Below are positions 29,323-40,019 of a DNA stretch of 64,000 nt, one piece after another. Below the pieces are notes generated by a model. That model saw only the letters and a program-made list of their open reading frames with translations, did not search any database and was not told where the DNA came from. The translations under genes were made by a program, and so were the position numbers. Each line of letters opens with the position of its first letter. Within the stretch, counting starts at the first letter, position 1. Source of the DNA: Candidatus Poribacteria bacterium (GTDB lineage: Bacteria > Poribacteria > WGA-4E > UBA9662); contig PAQF01000017.1 in assembly GCA_002709695.1 (NCBI GenBank), positions 3,051 to 67,050 on the forward strand, in the 5' to 3' direction.

Positions 29323-30771
29323 ATGCCTCCCCAGAACCTCATTTTCATTTTATCGGACCAACACAATCGTAATATCACCGGTGTTTATGGAGATCCTATC
29401 ATACAGACACCGAACCTCGATCGACTTGCCGAACGTGGAACAACGTTTAGCAACGCTTACACCAACTGCCCTATTTGTGTCCCAGCTCGAGCATCTCTAG
29501 CAACTGGCCGCTACGTACACCAAATTCGGTATTGGGATAACGCGTTTCCATATGACGGCCGCATCGAAAGTTGGGGACACCGTTTAAAACAACAGAATTA
29601 TCAAGTTGACTCCATAGGCAAACTACATTTTCGTGGATCCCATGATGACAATGGTTTCTGCCAAGAAATAGATCCATTATATGTGGTAGATGGACGAGGT
29701 GATGTATTAAGCTGTATCCGTAACAATCCTCCTACCCGTGACTTCCGACAAGGAATCAATAATGCGGGAGCTGGAAATTCAACTTATTTGCAGTATGATG
29801 CCAACAATGCAGACCAAGCATGCCAATGGTTAACTCAGCACAAAAATGACCAGCATCCTTGGGTACTATTTTTGTCTTTTGTCTGCCCTCACCCACCATA
29901 TATTTCTCCGCCAGAATTTTATCAACTCTATCCGAAAGATCAAATCCCACTTCCTGCTCAGTGGCACACAGATGAATGGCCGAATCATCCTGCCATCGAA
30001 CGATTCCGAGACTTTTTCGCTTATTCAGGGATTTGTGATGAGGAAAAACTAAGAAATTTCCTCGCAGCTTATTACGGTTTATGCACCTATCTAGATCAGC
30101 AAATCGGGCGAGTTCTGCAAACCATGGAAGAACATGACCTCCTCAATAATAGCCGGATCATTTATACTTCCGACCATGGTGAATCGCTCGGCACACGCGG
30201 TTTGTTTGGCAAATTTACTATGTATGAGGAATCAGCTGCAGTTCCCTTCATAATAGCCGGTGCCGATGTCCCTAAAAACAAAGTGGTTGAAACTCCTATT
30301 TCTTTGATAGATTGCTTTCCGTCCATTATAGAAGCCGTTGGTGGACGCCTAATTGAAGAAGACGAGAATCTACCAGGGAAATCCATTTGGGAAACCGCCC
30401 AGACATCTAACCAAAACGGATTAGCTTTTAGCGAATATCATGCTGTTGGCTCAAAGAATGCTATCTACATGCTTAGAAACAGACAACACAAATATATTTA
30501 CTACGTTGATGAGCCAGTACAACTCTTTGATTTACAAACTGATCCTGAAGAAACCCAAGATCTATCAAAGCTGCCTGAATATCAGGAAACACTCCAAACT
30601 TTCGAGAAAGAACTGAAGAAGATTGTTGACCCTAAAGGGATCGATACAATAGCTAAAGCAGATCAAAAATCAAAAATCCGCGAAAACGGGGGAGAGACGG
30701 CAATTCGTCAAAGAGGCGCATTTGATAATTCTCCCGTCCCAGGAGAGAATCCAATTTTTCGTCAACATTAA
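29323..30771 (+). CDS. Sulfatase (arylsulfatase family); no obvious signal peptide
   Basis: 482 aa; N-terminal NLIFILSDQHN and sulfatase signature C-V-P-A-R-ASLATGRY (CxPxR formylglycine target motif); C-terminal sulfatase fold. Confidence 0.8.
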   Translation: MPPQNLIFILSDQHNRNITGVYGDPIIQTPNLDRLAERGTTFSNAYTNCPICVPARASLATGRYVHQIRYWDNAFPYDGRIESWGHRLKQQNYQVDSIGKLHFRGSHDDNGFCQEIDPLYVVDGRGDVLSCIRNNPPTRDFRQGINNAGAGNSTYLQYDANNADQACQWLTQHKNDQHPWVLFLSFVCPHPPYISPPEFYQLYPKDQIPLPAQWHTDEWPNHPAIERFRDFFAYSGICDEEKLRNFLAAYYGLCTYLDQQIGRVLQTMEEHDLLNNSRIIYTSDHGESLGTRGLFGKFTMYEESAAVPFIIAGADVPKNKVVETPISLIDCFPSIIEAVGGRLIEEDENLPGKSIWETAQTSNQNGLAFSEYHAVGSKNAIYMLRNRQHKYIYYVDEPVQLFDLQTDPEETQDLSKLPEYQETLQTFEKELKKIVDPKGIDTIAKADQKSKIRENGGETAIRQRGAFDNSPVPGENPIFRQH

Positions 30772-30856
30772 ACACAAAAAGCTACTGAAGCCAAATTACT
30801 AAAACCACAACCATTAATATTTTTGCGGATCATAATTTAGTATAAACTGCAAATTA

Positions 30857-32512
30857 ATGAAACTTGCTGCTTATTTTCTTCTGATTATATTCCTAATTGT
30901 AAATAGCAAATTAAATTACGGCGACGCCCAAAAACGCCCAATGCTGTTTACTGACGTAACAAAAGAATCAGGAATTGACTTTCTGCATTATGATGGGCGA
31001 AATGAACAACATTACTTTGTCGAAACAATAGGATCTGGATGTGCATTCATTGATTTTGACAATGATGGTTATCTGGATATTTATCTTGTCAATGCAACTG
31101 ATTTACCAGGATCTCACGCCCAAATCTCACCAAGGAATACACTCTATCAAAACGACAGAAATGGAGGCTTTATTGATGTCACAAACCAAGCTGGGGTTGG
31201 TGATTTGGGCTATGGTACAGGAATAACATCAGCTGATTACAATAACGATGGCTTTGGAGACATTTACATTACTAATTTTGGAACAAATGTACTTTACAAA
31301 AACAATAAAGATGGGACTTTTACTGATGTTACCAAATTCGCTAAAGTAGAAAGCCCCACATGGAGTGCAGGAGCATCTTTCGGGGATTATAATGGCGATG
31401 GCTTCGTCGACCTTTATGTAACAAGTTATTGTGACTTCAAACTAACAGATCACAAAAACTGCCAAGAGCAGGGTATTGTAGTGTATTGTGGCCCCGAGGA
31501 GTTCAACGGTATACCTGATACTTTATATCAAAATAATGGGGATGGAACCTTTACCGATGTAACAAAAAGTGCAGGCGTATTCAATCCAGAAGGAAAAGGT
31601 ATGATGGCTGTATGGTCAGATTACGATGATGATGGAAGCCTTGATTTGTTCGTTGCTAATGACGGAACTGAAAATTTTTTATATCGGAATAACGGTGACG
31701 GAACTTTCACTGATATTGCTTGGATTGCAGGCGTTGAAAACGATGATCAAGGTAATCCACAAGGAAGCATGGGAATTGACTTTGCTGATTACAACAACGA
31801 CGGGATGTTTGATTTAATTATCACTAATTTTCAGCGCCAGCTAAACATGCTGTATAGAAATGATGGAGATGGGCTCTTTAGCGACACGACCTTTACCGCA
31901 GGACTTGGTTATACGTTACCATATGTCAGCTGGGGTATTGGTTTCTTCGATTTCGATAATGATTCGTTTCGGGATCTCTTCATTGCTAACGGACACATTC
32001 AAGACCATATCGAACTCTACGATTCAAGCACAACCTATCTCCAACCCAACCATTTGCTGATTAATAACAAAGGTAGAAGTTTCATGAATGTGTCAGACCA
32101 ACTCCATCTAGGAGGGCTGAAAGCAAGTCGTGGCGTTGCTTTTGGCGATTTCGACAACGATGGAGATATCGATATTTTAATCAACAATGCTCACGATCGA
32201 CCGAATCTTCTGCGGAACGATCTTAGTCCTGGTTATCATTGGATATCTATCAAAACAATCGGAACAAAAAGTAACAGAGATGGAATTGGGTGCCGAATTA
32301 AGGTGTTCGGTGAAAAATTCTTTTCAACTGCGGACGTACGGTCCGGAGCGAGTTACATGTCTCAAAACGATTTTCGTGCACACTTTGGTCTTGGACAAGT
32401 AGAGAAGATTAATCAAATCGAAGTCCATTGGCCTAGTGGCATAGTTGATTTGATAGAAGATGTTACCGTCAACCAAATTCTTACAATTGTAGAGGGGTCC
32501 TCTCAACTGTGA
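30857..32512 (+). CDS. CRTAC1-family protein (FG-GAP/VCBS repeats + ASPIC/UnbV domain), secreted
   Basis: 551 aa with signal peptide; seven DxDxDGxxD-type repeats (FDNDGYLDIYLVN, DYNNDGFGDIYITNFG, DYNGDGFVDLYVTSY, DYDDDGSLDLFVANDG, DYNNDGMFDLIITNFQ, DFDNDGDIDILINN); C-terminal ASPIC/UnbV (DGIGCRIKVFGEKFFSTADVRSGASYMSQND). Confidence 0.75.
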   Translation: MKLAAYFLLIIFLIVNSKLNYGDAQKRPMLFTDVTKESGIDFLHYDGRNEQHYFVETIGSGCAFIDFDNDGYLDIYLVNATDLPGSHAQISPRNTLYQNDRNGGFIDVTNQAGVGDLGYGTGITSADYNNDGFGDIYITNFGTNVLYKNNKDGTFTDVTKFAKVESPTWSAGASFGDYNGDGFVDLYVTSYCDFKLTDHKNCQEQGIVVYCGPEEFNGIPDTLYQNNGDGTFTDVTKSAGVFNPEGKGMMAVWSDYDDDGSLDLFVANDGTENFLYRNNGDGTFTDIAWIAGVENDDQGNPQGSMGIDFADYNNDGMFDLIITNFQRQLNMLYRNDGDGLFSDTTFTAGLGYTLPYVSWGIGFFDFDNDSFRDLFIANGHIQDHIELYDSSTTYLQPNHLLINNKGRSFMNVSDQLHLGGLKASRGVAFGDFDNDGDIDILINNAHDRPNLLRNDLSPGYHWISIKTIGTKSNRDGIGCRIKVFGEKFFSTADVRSGASYMSQNDFRAHFGLGQVEKINQIEVHWPSGIVDLIEDVTVNQILTIVEGSSQL

Positions 32513-33918
32513 ACAAATTTTCTTTTCTCACATTTATTTCGATACTGATGTTTCCTTTTAGTGCTTTTTCCGGCTCCTTTGAAGATGCTGAAAAATTGAT
32601 CGTTGAGGGTAAACTTGATAACGCGTTAAAAGTCTACCAATCCATCCTTGATAGAGATCCAACATCTGCCAGAGCATACCGAGGAATTGGCCTTGCCTTA
32701 TGGACAGGAGGCAGATCTGACCAAGCAATTAGATTTTATGACAGAGCGCTGGAAATCGAACCTCAATTGGTTCAGGCTCATACGGATTTAAGCATCATAT
32801 ACTCAGCCTTGTATCAACATAAACTTGCAATCCAATACGCAGAACAAGCCTTGAAAATTAGCGTTGATATAACAAATCAATTAAACTACGCAAATGTTTT
32901 GTGGCGCGCCGAGCGATACGAAGATGCAACTCAGCAATACCAGAAAGTAATATCATATAACGATCAAAATATAGATGCCTACATAGGACTCGGAAGTACA
33001 TATCTCGCCTTAGCAAAGCTAAATGATGCACTCGATGTTTTGAATTTGGCCATCAAGGTCGATCCAGACAACGTAGACGCACTTTTCAATCGCGGTGTTG
33101 CTCAATCAAAACAAGGAAACTATAACCACGCAATTTCTGACTTCCAAAAAGTATTAGAGCTTCAACCAAACTATCCAGAAGTGTATTTTCAGATTGGTTA
33201 TGCCTACCAACTACTAAAAAGATACAAGCTAGCTATCAATACCTACCAAAAATCACTAAAAATCGATTCTTACAATGCTGTTGTCTATTATCACTTGGCT
33301 CGATGCCATGCACTTGATGGTGATATTGATATAGCAAAAAAGTTACGCCAAAAAGCAAAAAAGTTCCAAGAATATAACGATCATATCGAGGAAGCCAGAG
33401 CTTATATCAACAAATATCCAGATAAACCTGAAGGATATATGCGTTTAGCAAACCTGCATACTCAAAGGAAGAAATGGCAGGAAGCAATTTGGAATTATCA
33501 ATTTGCGATTTCAGTTGACTCGAGATTCTTAGCAGCTTACCAAGAACTTGCGGATCTATATATTGGACTGCACGATCTAGACAATGCTAGTAAAGTGTAT
33601 CAAAAATCTATTCATCAATTTCCACAAGACATTCAACTTCGTGTAATGCTAGCATTACTCTATAAAGAACAATCTCGGCTAGACCTAGCAATTGAACACT
33701 TAAACATTGCAGAAAAGATAGTCAAGAATCTAGTGAAAAAAAATCCAGTCCCAAAAAATCTTGAGCAACTTTCCTTTGTATATTACGCCAAGGGTTTATA
33801 TAACCAATCAGAAGAATTATTATCAGAATTAATGAAGCAAGATCCCAACAACTTGGACTATATTCGGCAACTTAAGGTGGTTCAATCTGCTCGAGCCCAA
33901 CGGGATTGGAAAAAATGA
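32509..33918 (+). CDS. TPR-repeat protein (partner of the upstream CRTAC1-family gene; GTGA start/stop overlap)
   Basis: 469 aa with signal peptide; more than 10 TPR units (A..Y..AL...P....A...LG / AI..Y.KAL). Confidence 0.7.
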   Translation: MNKFSFLTFISILMFPFSAFSGSFEDAEKLIVEGKLDNALKVYQSILDRDPTSARAYRGIGLALWTGGRSDQAIRFYDRALEIEPQLVQAHTDLSIIYSALYQHKLAIQYAEQALKISVDITNQLNYANVLWRAERYEDATQQYQKVISYNDQNIDAYIGLGSTYLALAKLNDALDVLNLAIKVDPDNVDALFNRGVAQSKQGNYNHAISDFQKVLELQPNYPEVYFQIGYAYQLLKRYKLAINTYQKSLKIDSYNAVVYYHLARCHALDGDIDIAKKLRQKAKKFQEYNDHIEEARAYINKYPDKPEGYMRLANLHTQRKKWQEAIWNYQFAISVDSRFLAAYQELADLYIGLHDLDNASKVYQKSIHQFPQDIQLRVMLALLYKEQSRLDLAIEHLNIAEKIVKNLVKKNPVPKNLEQLSFVYYAKGLYNQSEELLSELMKQDPNNLDYIRQLKVVQSARAQRDWKK

Positions 33919-34038
33919 CCACTAGAGGCAATTGGAATAGCAAACTTCGTTTTTGATGTGTTTTTAAAAATAGCATGTAAATTTAATCTCTGCTACAATA
34001 AAGTCGCGTATTATATCTATAACATTAAGGAAATTGTC

Positions 34039-34674
34039 ATGATGAAATACCGTTTATGTTTTCTATCAAGCTCTATGTTTTTGCTCATGTTGTTGAGTTG
34101 CATCGCATTTTCTAGTGACGTCGTTACCATATTAGATGAGAATGTCGACGATGTTATTAAATACCTCACCAATGGTCAGGGTAAACCAGCTAAATCAACG
34201 AACGACAAGTTCAAAGGTAACGAAGCATTAAAAATTGGTGTAGAGGGCGGTGATTCTCAGAACTTCAACCCAAATGTTCCTGACTGGAAATTTGAGATTG
34301 TAGAGAAACCATCAACTTCGAACGAGTTCCGATACGTCACGTTTGCTTGGCGTAAAGATGGTGGGGAAGGTATCCAACTCCAATTGCATGGCAACCCTGA
34401 TACTTGGGGACATCGCTATCATGGAGGTGCTAATGTCAGGAACTGGAACCCGTCAATCCAAGTTTCCAAAAAAATCCCAGCCAAATGGGAAGTACATACA
34501 CGTGACCTCTTTAAAGATTGGAAAAAATTTCAGCTAACAGGTATTGCTTTTTCTGCATCGGATGGTAAAGCCGGTTATTGGGATCATGTCTACCTACATC
34601 AGGGCGAATCTCTTGTTTCAGTTGACTCCAAAGGCAAAATCACTGCAATTTGGGCTGATCTGAAGAGACACTAA
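34039..34674 (+). CDS. Secreted protein of unknown function (tandem paralog 1)
   Basis: Start refined to MMKYRLCFLSSSMFLLMLLSCIAFS (signal peptide; AAGGA RBS upstream). Shares a conserved core with the next gene: NFNPNVPDWKFEIVEKP...NEFRYVTFAWRKDGGEGIQLQLH...WGHRYHGGANVRNWNPSIQ...TGIAFSA...GYWDHVYLHQ. Confidence 0.5.
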   Translation: MMKYRLCFLSSSMFLLMLLSCIAFSSDVVTILDENVDDVIKYLTNGQGKPAKSTNDKFKGNEALKIGVEGGDSQNFNPNVPDWKFEIVEKPSTSNEFRYVTFAWRKDGGEGIQLQLHGNPDTWGHRYHGGANVRNWNPSIQVSKKIPAKWEVHTRDLFKDWKKFQLTGIAFSASDGKAGYWDHVYLHQGESLVSVDSKGKITAIWADLKRH

Positions 34675-34732
34675 ATATATTCAAACATCTTGGCGAGGGA
34701 ACTCTATGATTAGAGAAAGAGGAGATCTTAGG

Positions 34733-35455
34733 ATGAAATTCTATAAGTTGATAGTATTGATGCTGATGAGTGTCATAGTTTATAACTACTCAGTTTGGTC
34801 CAAAGAAAACAGAGCATTTGTCATCATTGATGATAAGAAAAGTGTAAAGGACATTCTTCCTAAACTAATTAACGGAGCAGGAGAAGCTGAACTTGAAGAA
34901 AATGATGTATATGAAGAAGATAATGATGGAAAAGCTGCTCTATTGGTTGTAGGATCAGGAGGGGACGGTCAAAGATTCAATCCTAATATGCCAGACTGGG
35001 AAATAGATATCGTCAAAAACCCAAAGGGAAAAAACGAATTTCGGTATATCACTTTCGCTTGGAAAAAGAAAGGCGGTACAGGAATCCAACTTCAACTGCA
35101 CTGGACAACAAATTCGTGGGGACACCGTTACCATTCAGGTGTAAACGAAAAAAATTGGAATCCATCTATCCAGCTTGATGAAAAACTACCTAAGGATTGG
35201 AAAGTATATACACGCGATTTAGTTGAAGATTGGGAAGTTGAAGATTTAGATGGGAAGAAAGGAGTGATGACAGGAATTGCTTTTTCCGCTTGGAGCCTTG
35301 AACATGGTATCTGGGACCACGTGGTGCTTCACCAACAAGAAGAGGATCCCCTAGCACCTCAAGCTGTTCAGCCAACAGAGAAACTACCACTAACATGGGG
35401 AAGATTAAAAAAGCCTGATCCACGCTATTGGTTATTGAATAGAGAACGAAACTAA
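34733..35455 (+). CDS. Secreted protein of unknown function (tandem paralog 2)
   Basis: Start refined to MKFYKLIVLMLMSVIVYNYSVWS (AGGAG RBS 7 nt upstream). Core RFNPNMPDWEIDIVKNP...NEFRYITFAWKKKGGTGIQLQLH...WGHRYHSGVNEKNWNPSIQ...TGIAFSA...GIWDHVVLHQ is collinear with paralog 1. Confidence 0.5.
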   Translation: MKFYKLIVLMLMSVIVYNYSVWSKENRAFVIIDDKKSVKDILPKLINGAGEAELEENDVYEEDNDGKAALLVVGSGGDGQRFNPNMPDWEIDIVKNPKGKNEFRYITFAWKKKGGTGIQLQLHWTTNSWGHRYHSGVNEKNWNPSIQLDEKLPKDWKVYTRDLVEDWEVEDLDGKKGVMTGIAFSAWSLEHGIWDHVVLHQQEEDPLAPQAVQPTEKLPLTWGRLKKPDPRYWLLNRERN

Positions 35456-35948
35456 AGAATTTGTACCAGCTTCTCGGATTTCCAACTTTCAATGATGTTC
35501 CAGAAAGGCCTGACATGCTAACATCACGTAGTAAGCTAACAATAAAATGGGCCAAGCTTAAAAGCTATTAAGAATCTCTGTGAAATTCCACACACATTGA
35601 AGTGAAAACCTGCTCAGGACCATTGTCCGTCAATCAACAAATGATTGGCCTAGCGATCAACGATATGCTCATTGGATTTCAAGCGATATCCTGTAAAAAA
35701 ATAACAATTTACAGAGATGAGAATCCAAATGAGCATTCTTATTTGCAGCATTGGAGTTAAAAAAGCCACCTACCATTTTTCCTATAGTTTTTATCGGTTG
35801 AAAGGATCTACTATACAATAGCGACCGAAACCCTGATAGTCCGTTTGTAAAAATTTCGCAAACAACTGGGACCGAAGTTTGAGATCAACTAAGATAAAAC
35901 TTACCATTAAAGCCCAATAAAATTCTGCACGATGATACCTATACTAAC

Positions 35949-36233
35949 ATGGTGAATATCATGACCAATCAGGATTATAAAAGACCATGGTGCCATCAAT
36001 GCCAGGCACATAACTGCCCACGAGAGAAGTGGTTCTCTTTTACCTGCAGAAAATGTGGGACAAAAATGACTCGAGGCACAGTCATGTGGGCATTTTACAT
36101 TGGTATCCTGGTTTGGATCGGGTTGCCAATACTAACAGAAAACGTACGCCAATCAGAATACTTTTTTCCGTGGTTGCTCATACCAGTATATATGCTAATT
36201 CGAATATGGATAACATCTAAAGGAAAATCCTGA
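35949..36233 (+). CDS. Small zinc-ribbon (CxxC...CxxC) membrane protein
   Basis: 94 aa; CHQCQAHNCP...CRKCGTKM followed by two hydrophobic helices. Confidence 0.3.
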   Translation: MVNIMTNQDYKRPWCHQCQAHNCPREKWFSFTCRKCGTKMTRGTVMWAFYIGILVWIGLPILTENVRQSEYFFPWLLIPVYMLIRIWITSKGKS

Positions 36234-36364
36234 CCTGTTTTACACTTAACAACAAACAATTACAAAAACGAGGTCCTTTCCTAAGTGTACAATCAATTTG
36301 CTCTCAACTATGTGTGCAATGAACAGGTGCTCAGAAACTACTCCAATCTGGAAAATATTGACCG

Positions 36365-37297
36365 ATGTCTAACTACCAATTCAAACTTGGAATGGACCTT
36401 CAAATGACAGGCTTGCCTCTCCAAAAAGCGCTGGCTTTGGCAGAAGAACTCGGTGCCAAATATGGCTGGTTTGGAGATTTACACTGGGCTGTCAATGAAG
36501 TCACTAACGCTACAATTGATGGGATAGGTGAACTGGCTTCTCGACATGGAGTTAAACTGTTCCTAATTGGTGCAGGAGGCGCCTTCAGCAAAATCCACTT
36601 GACTGACCTAGAAATAGAAAAAATAACAGAGCAACCAATATTTCAACAGGATTTTAACCGTCTTATTCAGACCATGCAAGCGGCTAAACGACTTGGAGTA
36701 GATTCGGTTTTGGTCTACTCATTCGCTTGGCCCGGCGAATACTCAGCAGGCAAGCCTACTTGGCCGATGCGTTGGCTAACCCGTGGCGGAGTCATTGCCA
36801 ATATCGACATGGACAAATTACTTAAAGTCTTCTCGCTTGTCATAGAGGAAGCTGAGAAATACGATATCAACATAGTTCTGGGGAATTTGCCTTGGCATTA
36901 CACAAACACAACCACCCATTGCCGACAATTGATTGAAAACCTAAACTCAAAAAGAATCAGAGTTATGTGGCACCCTTCCGACAACCTTACTTCTGGAGAG
37001 TTGGACTCGGCAACAGCAGGATTTATGAACATCCGTCCATTTCTTCATTCGCTTCACGCCAAGGACTTGCGTGTTATTGATGGCCTAAATCTCAATTTTG
37101 AGTACTGTCCTATTGGTGAAGGGGACGTCGACTACATAACTGTGCTACGTAACCTTCGTGAGCATCGAATCGACGCAGTTTTTGCAGTCGCAACTCATTT
37201 CACTCTACCTAATTCAGACGGAGCTGACACGATGCGAATCAACTTTGAGAACATCAAACCCCTCATGAAAAGAGTAGAAACTAACAGTGACACATAA
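36365..37297 (+). CDS. Sugar phosphate isomerase/epimerase (xylose-isomerase-like TIM barrel) family protein
   Basis: 310 aa; alternating beta/alpha pattern and conserved acidic/His positions (VLVYSFAWPGE, VLGNLPWHYT, WHPSDN, HAKD) consistent with the AP_endonuc_2 fold. Family-level call only. Confidence 0.45.
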   Translation: MSNYQFKLGMDLQMTGLPLQKALALAEELGAKYGWFGDLHWAVNEVTNATIDGIGELASRHGVKLFLIGAGGAFSKIHLTDLEIEKITEQPIFQQDFNRLIQTMQAAKRLGVDSVLVYSFAWPGEYSAGKPTWPMRWLTRGGVIANIDMDKLLKVFSLVIEEAEKYDINIVLGNLPWHYTNTTTHCRQLIENLNSKRIRVMWHPSDNLTSGELDSATAGFMNIRPFLHSLHAKDLRVIDGLNLNFEYCPIGEGDVDYITVLRNLREHRIDAVFAVATHFTLPNSDGADTMRINFENIKPLMKRVETNSDT

Positions 37298-37428
37298 TCT
37301 GCCAAAAAAACACGAGAAACGTATTAAGAACCATCCGTCTTAGTATGTCCAATTCAACACATACGACCATCATATAAGAAACCTAGCTAAAATAATCCGT
37401 TTCCAAATTTAACGCACATACAAAACAA

Positions 37429-38454
37429 CTAATCAAGGCCTGCCGCCATTACCCAAAACGGTTTCTGACCAACTTCATAGTCTTGCAATGCACTTAATTT
37501 ACCTGTTGTCGCATTAATACCGTAGGAAGTCATCATATCGGCTCCTTCCCCAGCACAATACAAATATTTTCCTGTAGGGTCAATATTGAACGATCGAGGA
37601 CTTGCTGGAACTGGAACATGACCAAATGGACTCAGTTCCCCAACAGGATCAATATTAAACCCTACAATACTGTCATGACCACGGTTAGTAGCATAAATCC
37701 ACTTTCCATTCGGATGCACTTCCACATGAGCGGTGGCCCCACCTCCAGTATAATCTGAAGGTAAAGTCGAAATATTCTGAAAAATCTCAAGAGTACCACT
37801 GCTCGCCTCGTAATGATGGGCAGTTACCGTATTCCCCTGTTCATTGACAATATAGGCAACATCTCCCTGAGGACGAAAACAAATGTGGCGAGGTCCAGTT
37901 TCATCATCAGGAGGTTCAAGTTCAGCAGGATCATTAGGCGAAAGCAGGCCAGACTCACTATCGAAACGGAATTGACAAGTCTTATTAGTGGGACAAACAT
38001 GTGGGACAAAGACGAAGCGATCCTCCTCTACAGCATGGATAGCATGAGCCTTTTCGCCAGTATCAATATACTGTATCAGTTCCTGAATCGTACCATCATC
38101 ACCTAACTGATGTACAGTAACCCCACCATCACCATAATAAGCAGTAAGAAGGAAACGACCCGTTTGGTCTGTAATCAAATGAGCTGGAATGCCAATACCA
38201 GTATCCACTTGACTGATTAATGTCAACTGCCCCGTGTTTACATTGAGACTAAAACTAGCCAACGTTGTAGACTCAACATGAGCAGCTAGTATAACCTTTC
38301 TAGACGGATGTAGATAAAGCGCACCCGACGGCCCATGGGCATCACTAGTTGCTTGTAACTCCAGTGCTCCCGAGTTGAGATCCAAGTCGTAACATTTGAT
38401 TTGCTGGTCTCCAGTTAAAGACACAAAGACAACATAACGACTATGATTTTTCAT
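37429..38454 (-). CDS. Lactonase, 7-bladed beta-propeller (6-phosphogluconolactonase/3-carboxymuconate cyclase-like)
   Basis: 341 aa; YVVFVSLTGDQQIKCYDLDLNSGALELQATSDAHGPSGALYLHPSRKVILAAH is the characteristic N-terminus of this family; repeated blade pattern throughout. Confidence 0.65.
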   Translation of the reverse strand: MKNHSRYVVFVSLTGDQQIKCYDLDLNSGALELQATSDAHGPSGALYLHPSRKVILAAHVESTTLASFSLNVNTGQLTLISQVDTGIGIPAHLITDQTGRFLLTAYYGDGGVTVHQLGDDGTIQELIQYIDTGEKAHAIHAVEEDRFVFVPHVCPTNKTCQFRFDSESGLLSPNDPAELEPPDDETGPRHICFRPQGDVAYIVNEQGNTVTAHHYEASSGTLEIFQNISTLPSDYTGGGATAHVEVHPNGKWIYATNRGHDSIVGFNIDPVGELSPFGHVPVPASPRSFNIDPTGKYLYCAGEGADMMTSYGINATTGKLSALQDYEVGQKPFWVMAAGLD

Positions 38455-38489
38455 AATATTCCTATACTCCTCATTATTAGAATTTACTA

Positions 38490-39455
38490 TTATTCAGATG
38501 TTGCACTCAGGATCCGTCGCTTACCATCTTGATCTTCTGCCTCATAATACATTCGACAATGACCATCATCGAGGTTAATAACACAAGGTTCTGAAACCAT
38601 CCGACAATCGAGAAACCGATCAAGTTCTAAAATCGGCCTGCCATCTTTAATAAAGTTCAACCCATCTAGTGAGGAAGCGCTAAAAATACCACCACGAATC
38701 TCGTCGCTCCAACCCGAATAATACATACGATAGCTACCATCTGCCAAGCGGATTATCTCTGGAGCGTAAACTGCGTACGACTCACGCTCCTCACTCTCCT
38801 GTGCAATACGAATCCCCGGTTCCACCTCAAAATGCAACCCATCACTAGAAATAGCACTAATTATATGATTACGGGCAGTAAGACCTGTCCGCATCGGATA
38901 AGAGTAATGATGAAAGTACAATCTATACTCCAACTCCTCCGGTTTTTCAGACGATCCTACATAGATACACCTCGGTGAGCCAAACGACCATCCAAAATTG
39001 GCTACCCGAACCCCTTCTTCTGGTTCCCATTGTAATCCATCCATCGAAACAGCGCTAAGAATCACTGTCGGCTTATTACCCGATCTTGCCTGAAAATACA
39101 TTCGCCAGCGTCCATCAGGTAATGGTATTACATCAGGACAAAGTACTTGATGCGTAGCGTGCGGTTCATGAACATCAATCCTGACACCAGGCTCTTTCGA
39201 CCAATTTATCCCATCGTTCGAAATGGCACTGAGAATATAGCCAGATGATACACTTATTGGACGATCGGGACCAAGTCCCGTGTAGTACATGCGAAAGCCA
39301 TCTGCCGGTAACCGCACAACATTAGGTGTTAGAATGCTCATCGAGTCGAGCGTTGTATCCGGACCGATGGAAACTTCGGGATCTTTTACCCATGCTAATC
39401 CTGGATCAGACTCAATGTAATGAACAGATCTGATCCCCATAAAATCAACGTCCAT
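38490..39455 (-). CDS. BNR/Asp-box repeat beta-propeller protein (predicted glycoside hydrolase-like)
   Basis: 321 aa; four S-x-D-G-(I/L)-x-(W/F) Asp-box-like repeats (SNDGINW, SMDGLQW, SSDGLHF, SLDGLNF), each followed by EPG/EVEPG..R, and recurring R(M/L)YY/RMYF motifs. Sialidase/GH-like propeller; exact family not assignable by eye. Confidence 0.4.
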   Translation of the reverse strand: MDVDFMGIRSVHYIESDPGLAWVKDPEVSIGPDTTLDSMSILTPNVVRLPADGFRMYYTGLGPDRPISVSSGYILSAISNDGINWSKEPGVRIDVHEPHATHQVLCPDVIPLPDGRWRMYFQARSGNKPTVILSAVSMDGLQWEPEEGVRVANFGWSFGSPRCIYVGSSEKPEELEYRLYFHHYSYPMRTGLTARNHIISAISSDGLHFEVEPGIRIAQESEERESYAVYAPEIIRLADGSYRMYYSGWSDEIRGGIFSASSLDGLNFIKDGRPILELDRFLDCRMVSEPCVINLDDGHCRMYYEAEDQDGKRRILSATSE

Positions 39456-40019
39456 GATCAGTCACCCTACACTAAGCTTTGAATCGCGTTCATTTATATA
39501 CCCATCCTCAATTACCAAAACAAGATCACTGTAAATCAAAAAAAGTCCGCGAGGTTCGGATTCTGTAGCCTTCAAGCTAATCAGATCAACATTCTAAGGA
39601 GGCTATCCATAAAATCCTGACCAAACTTACTTTATATCCTCGCAACCTCATCTAAATTAAGAAAAGTAATATCAGGTTATTCAACAATTATATGGACAGA
39701 CCAAAAAGCCTGCAAGGGTAAATTTCTCTAACAACACCTGCATGTCTAAAAAGACATCCAATCTATCTCCACGGGGAAAAAACTAACTGACATTTTTTTA
39801 ATTCTCCACATAAAGTCAAAATATTGATCAACTAATATCAGACTCCCTAAACCTACCAGCTACTTTGCCCAATACAAGGAAACCCAGCGAGGGATTTTCC
39901 AATTGAATTGACAAATATAAGAGGATATACTAGGATCGAGTTAGTGTTAAACGAACAACAAATTAAGATAAAATCAACCCTTTTGCTATCAGATCATAGC
40001 TAACATCAAAAAGAAAGCC

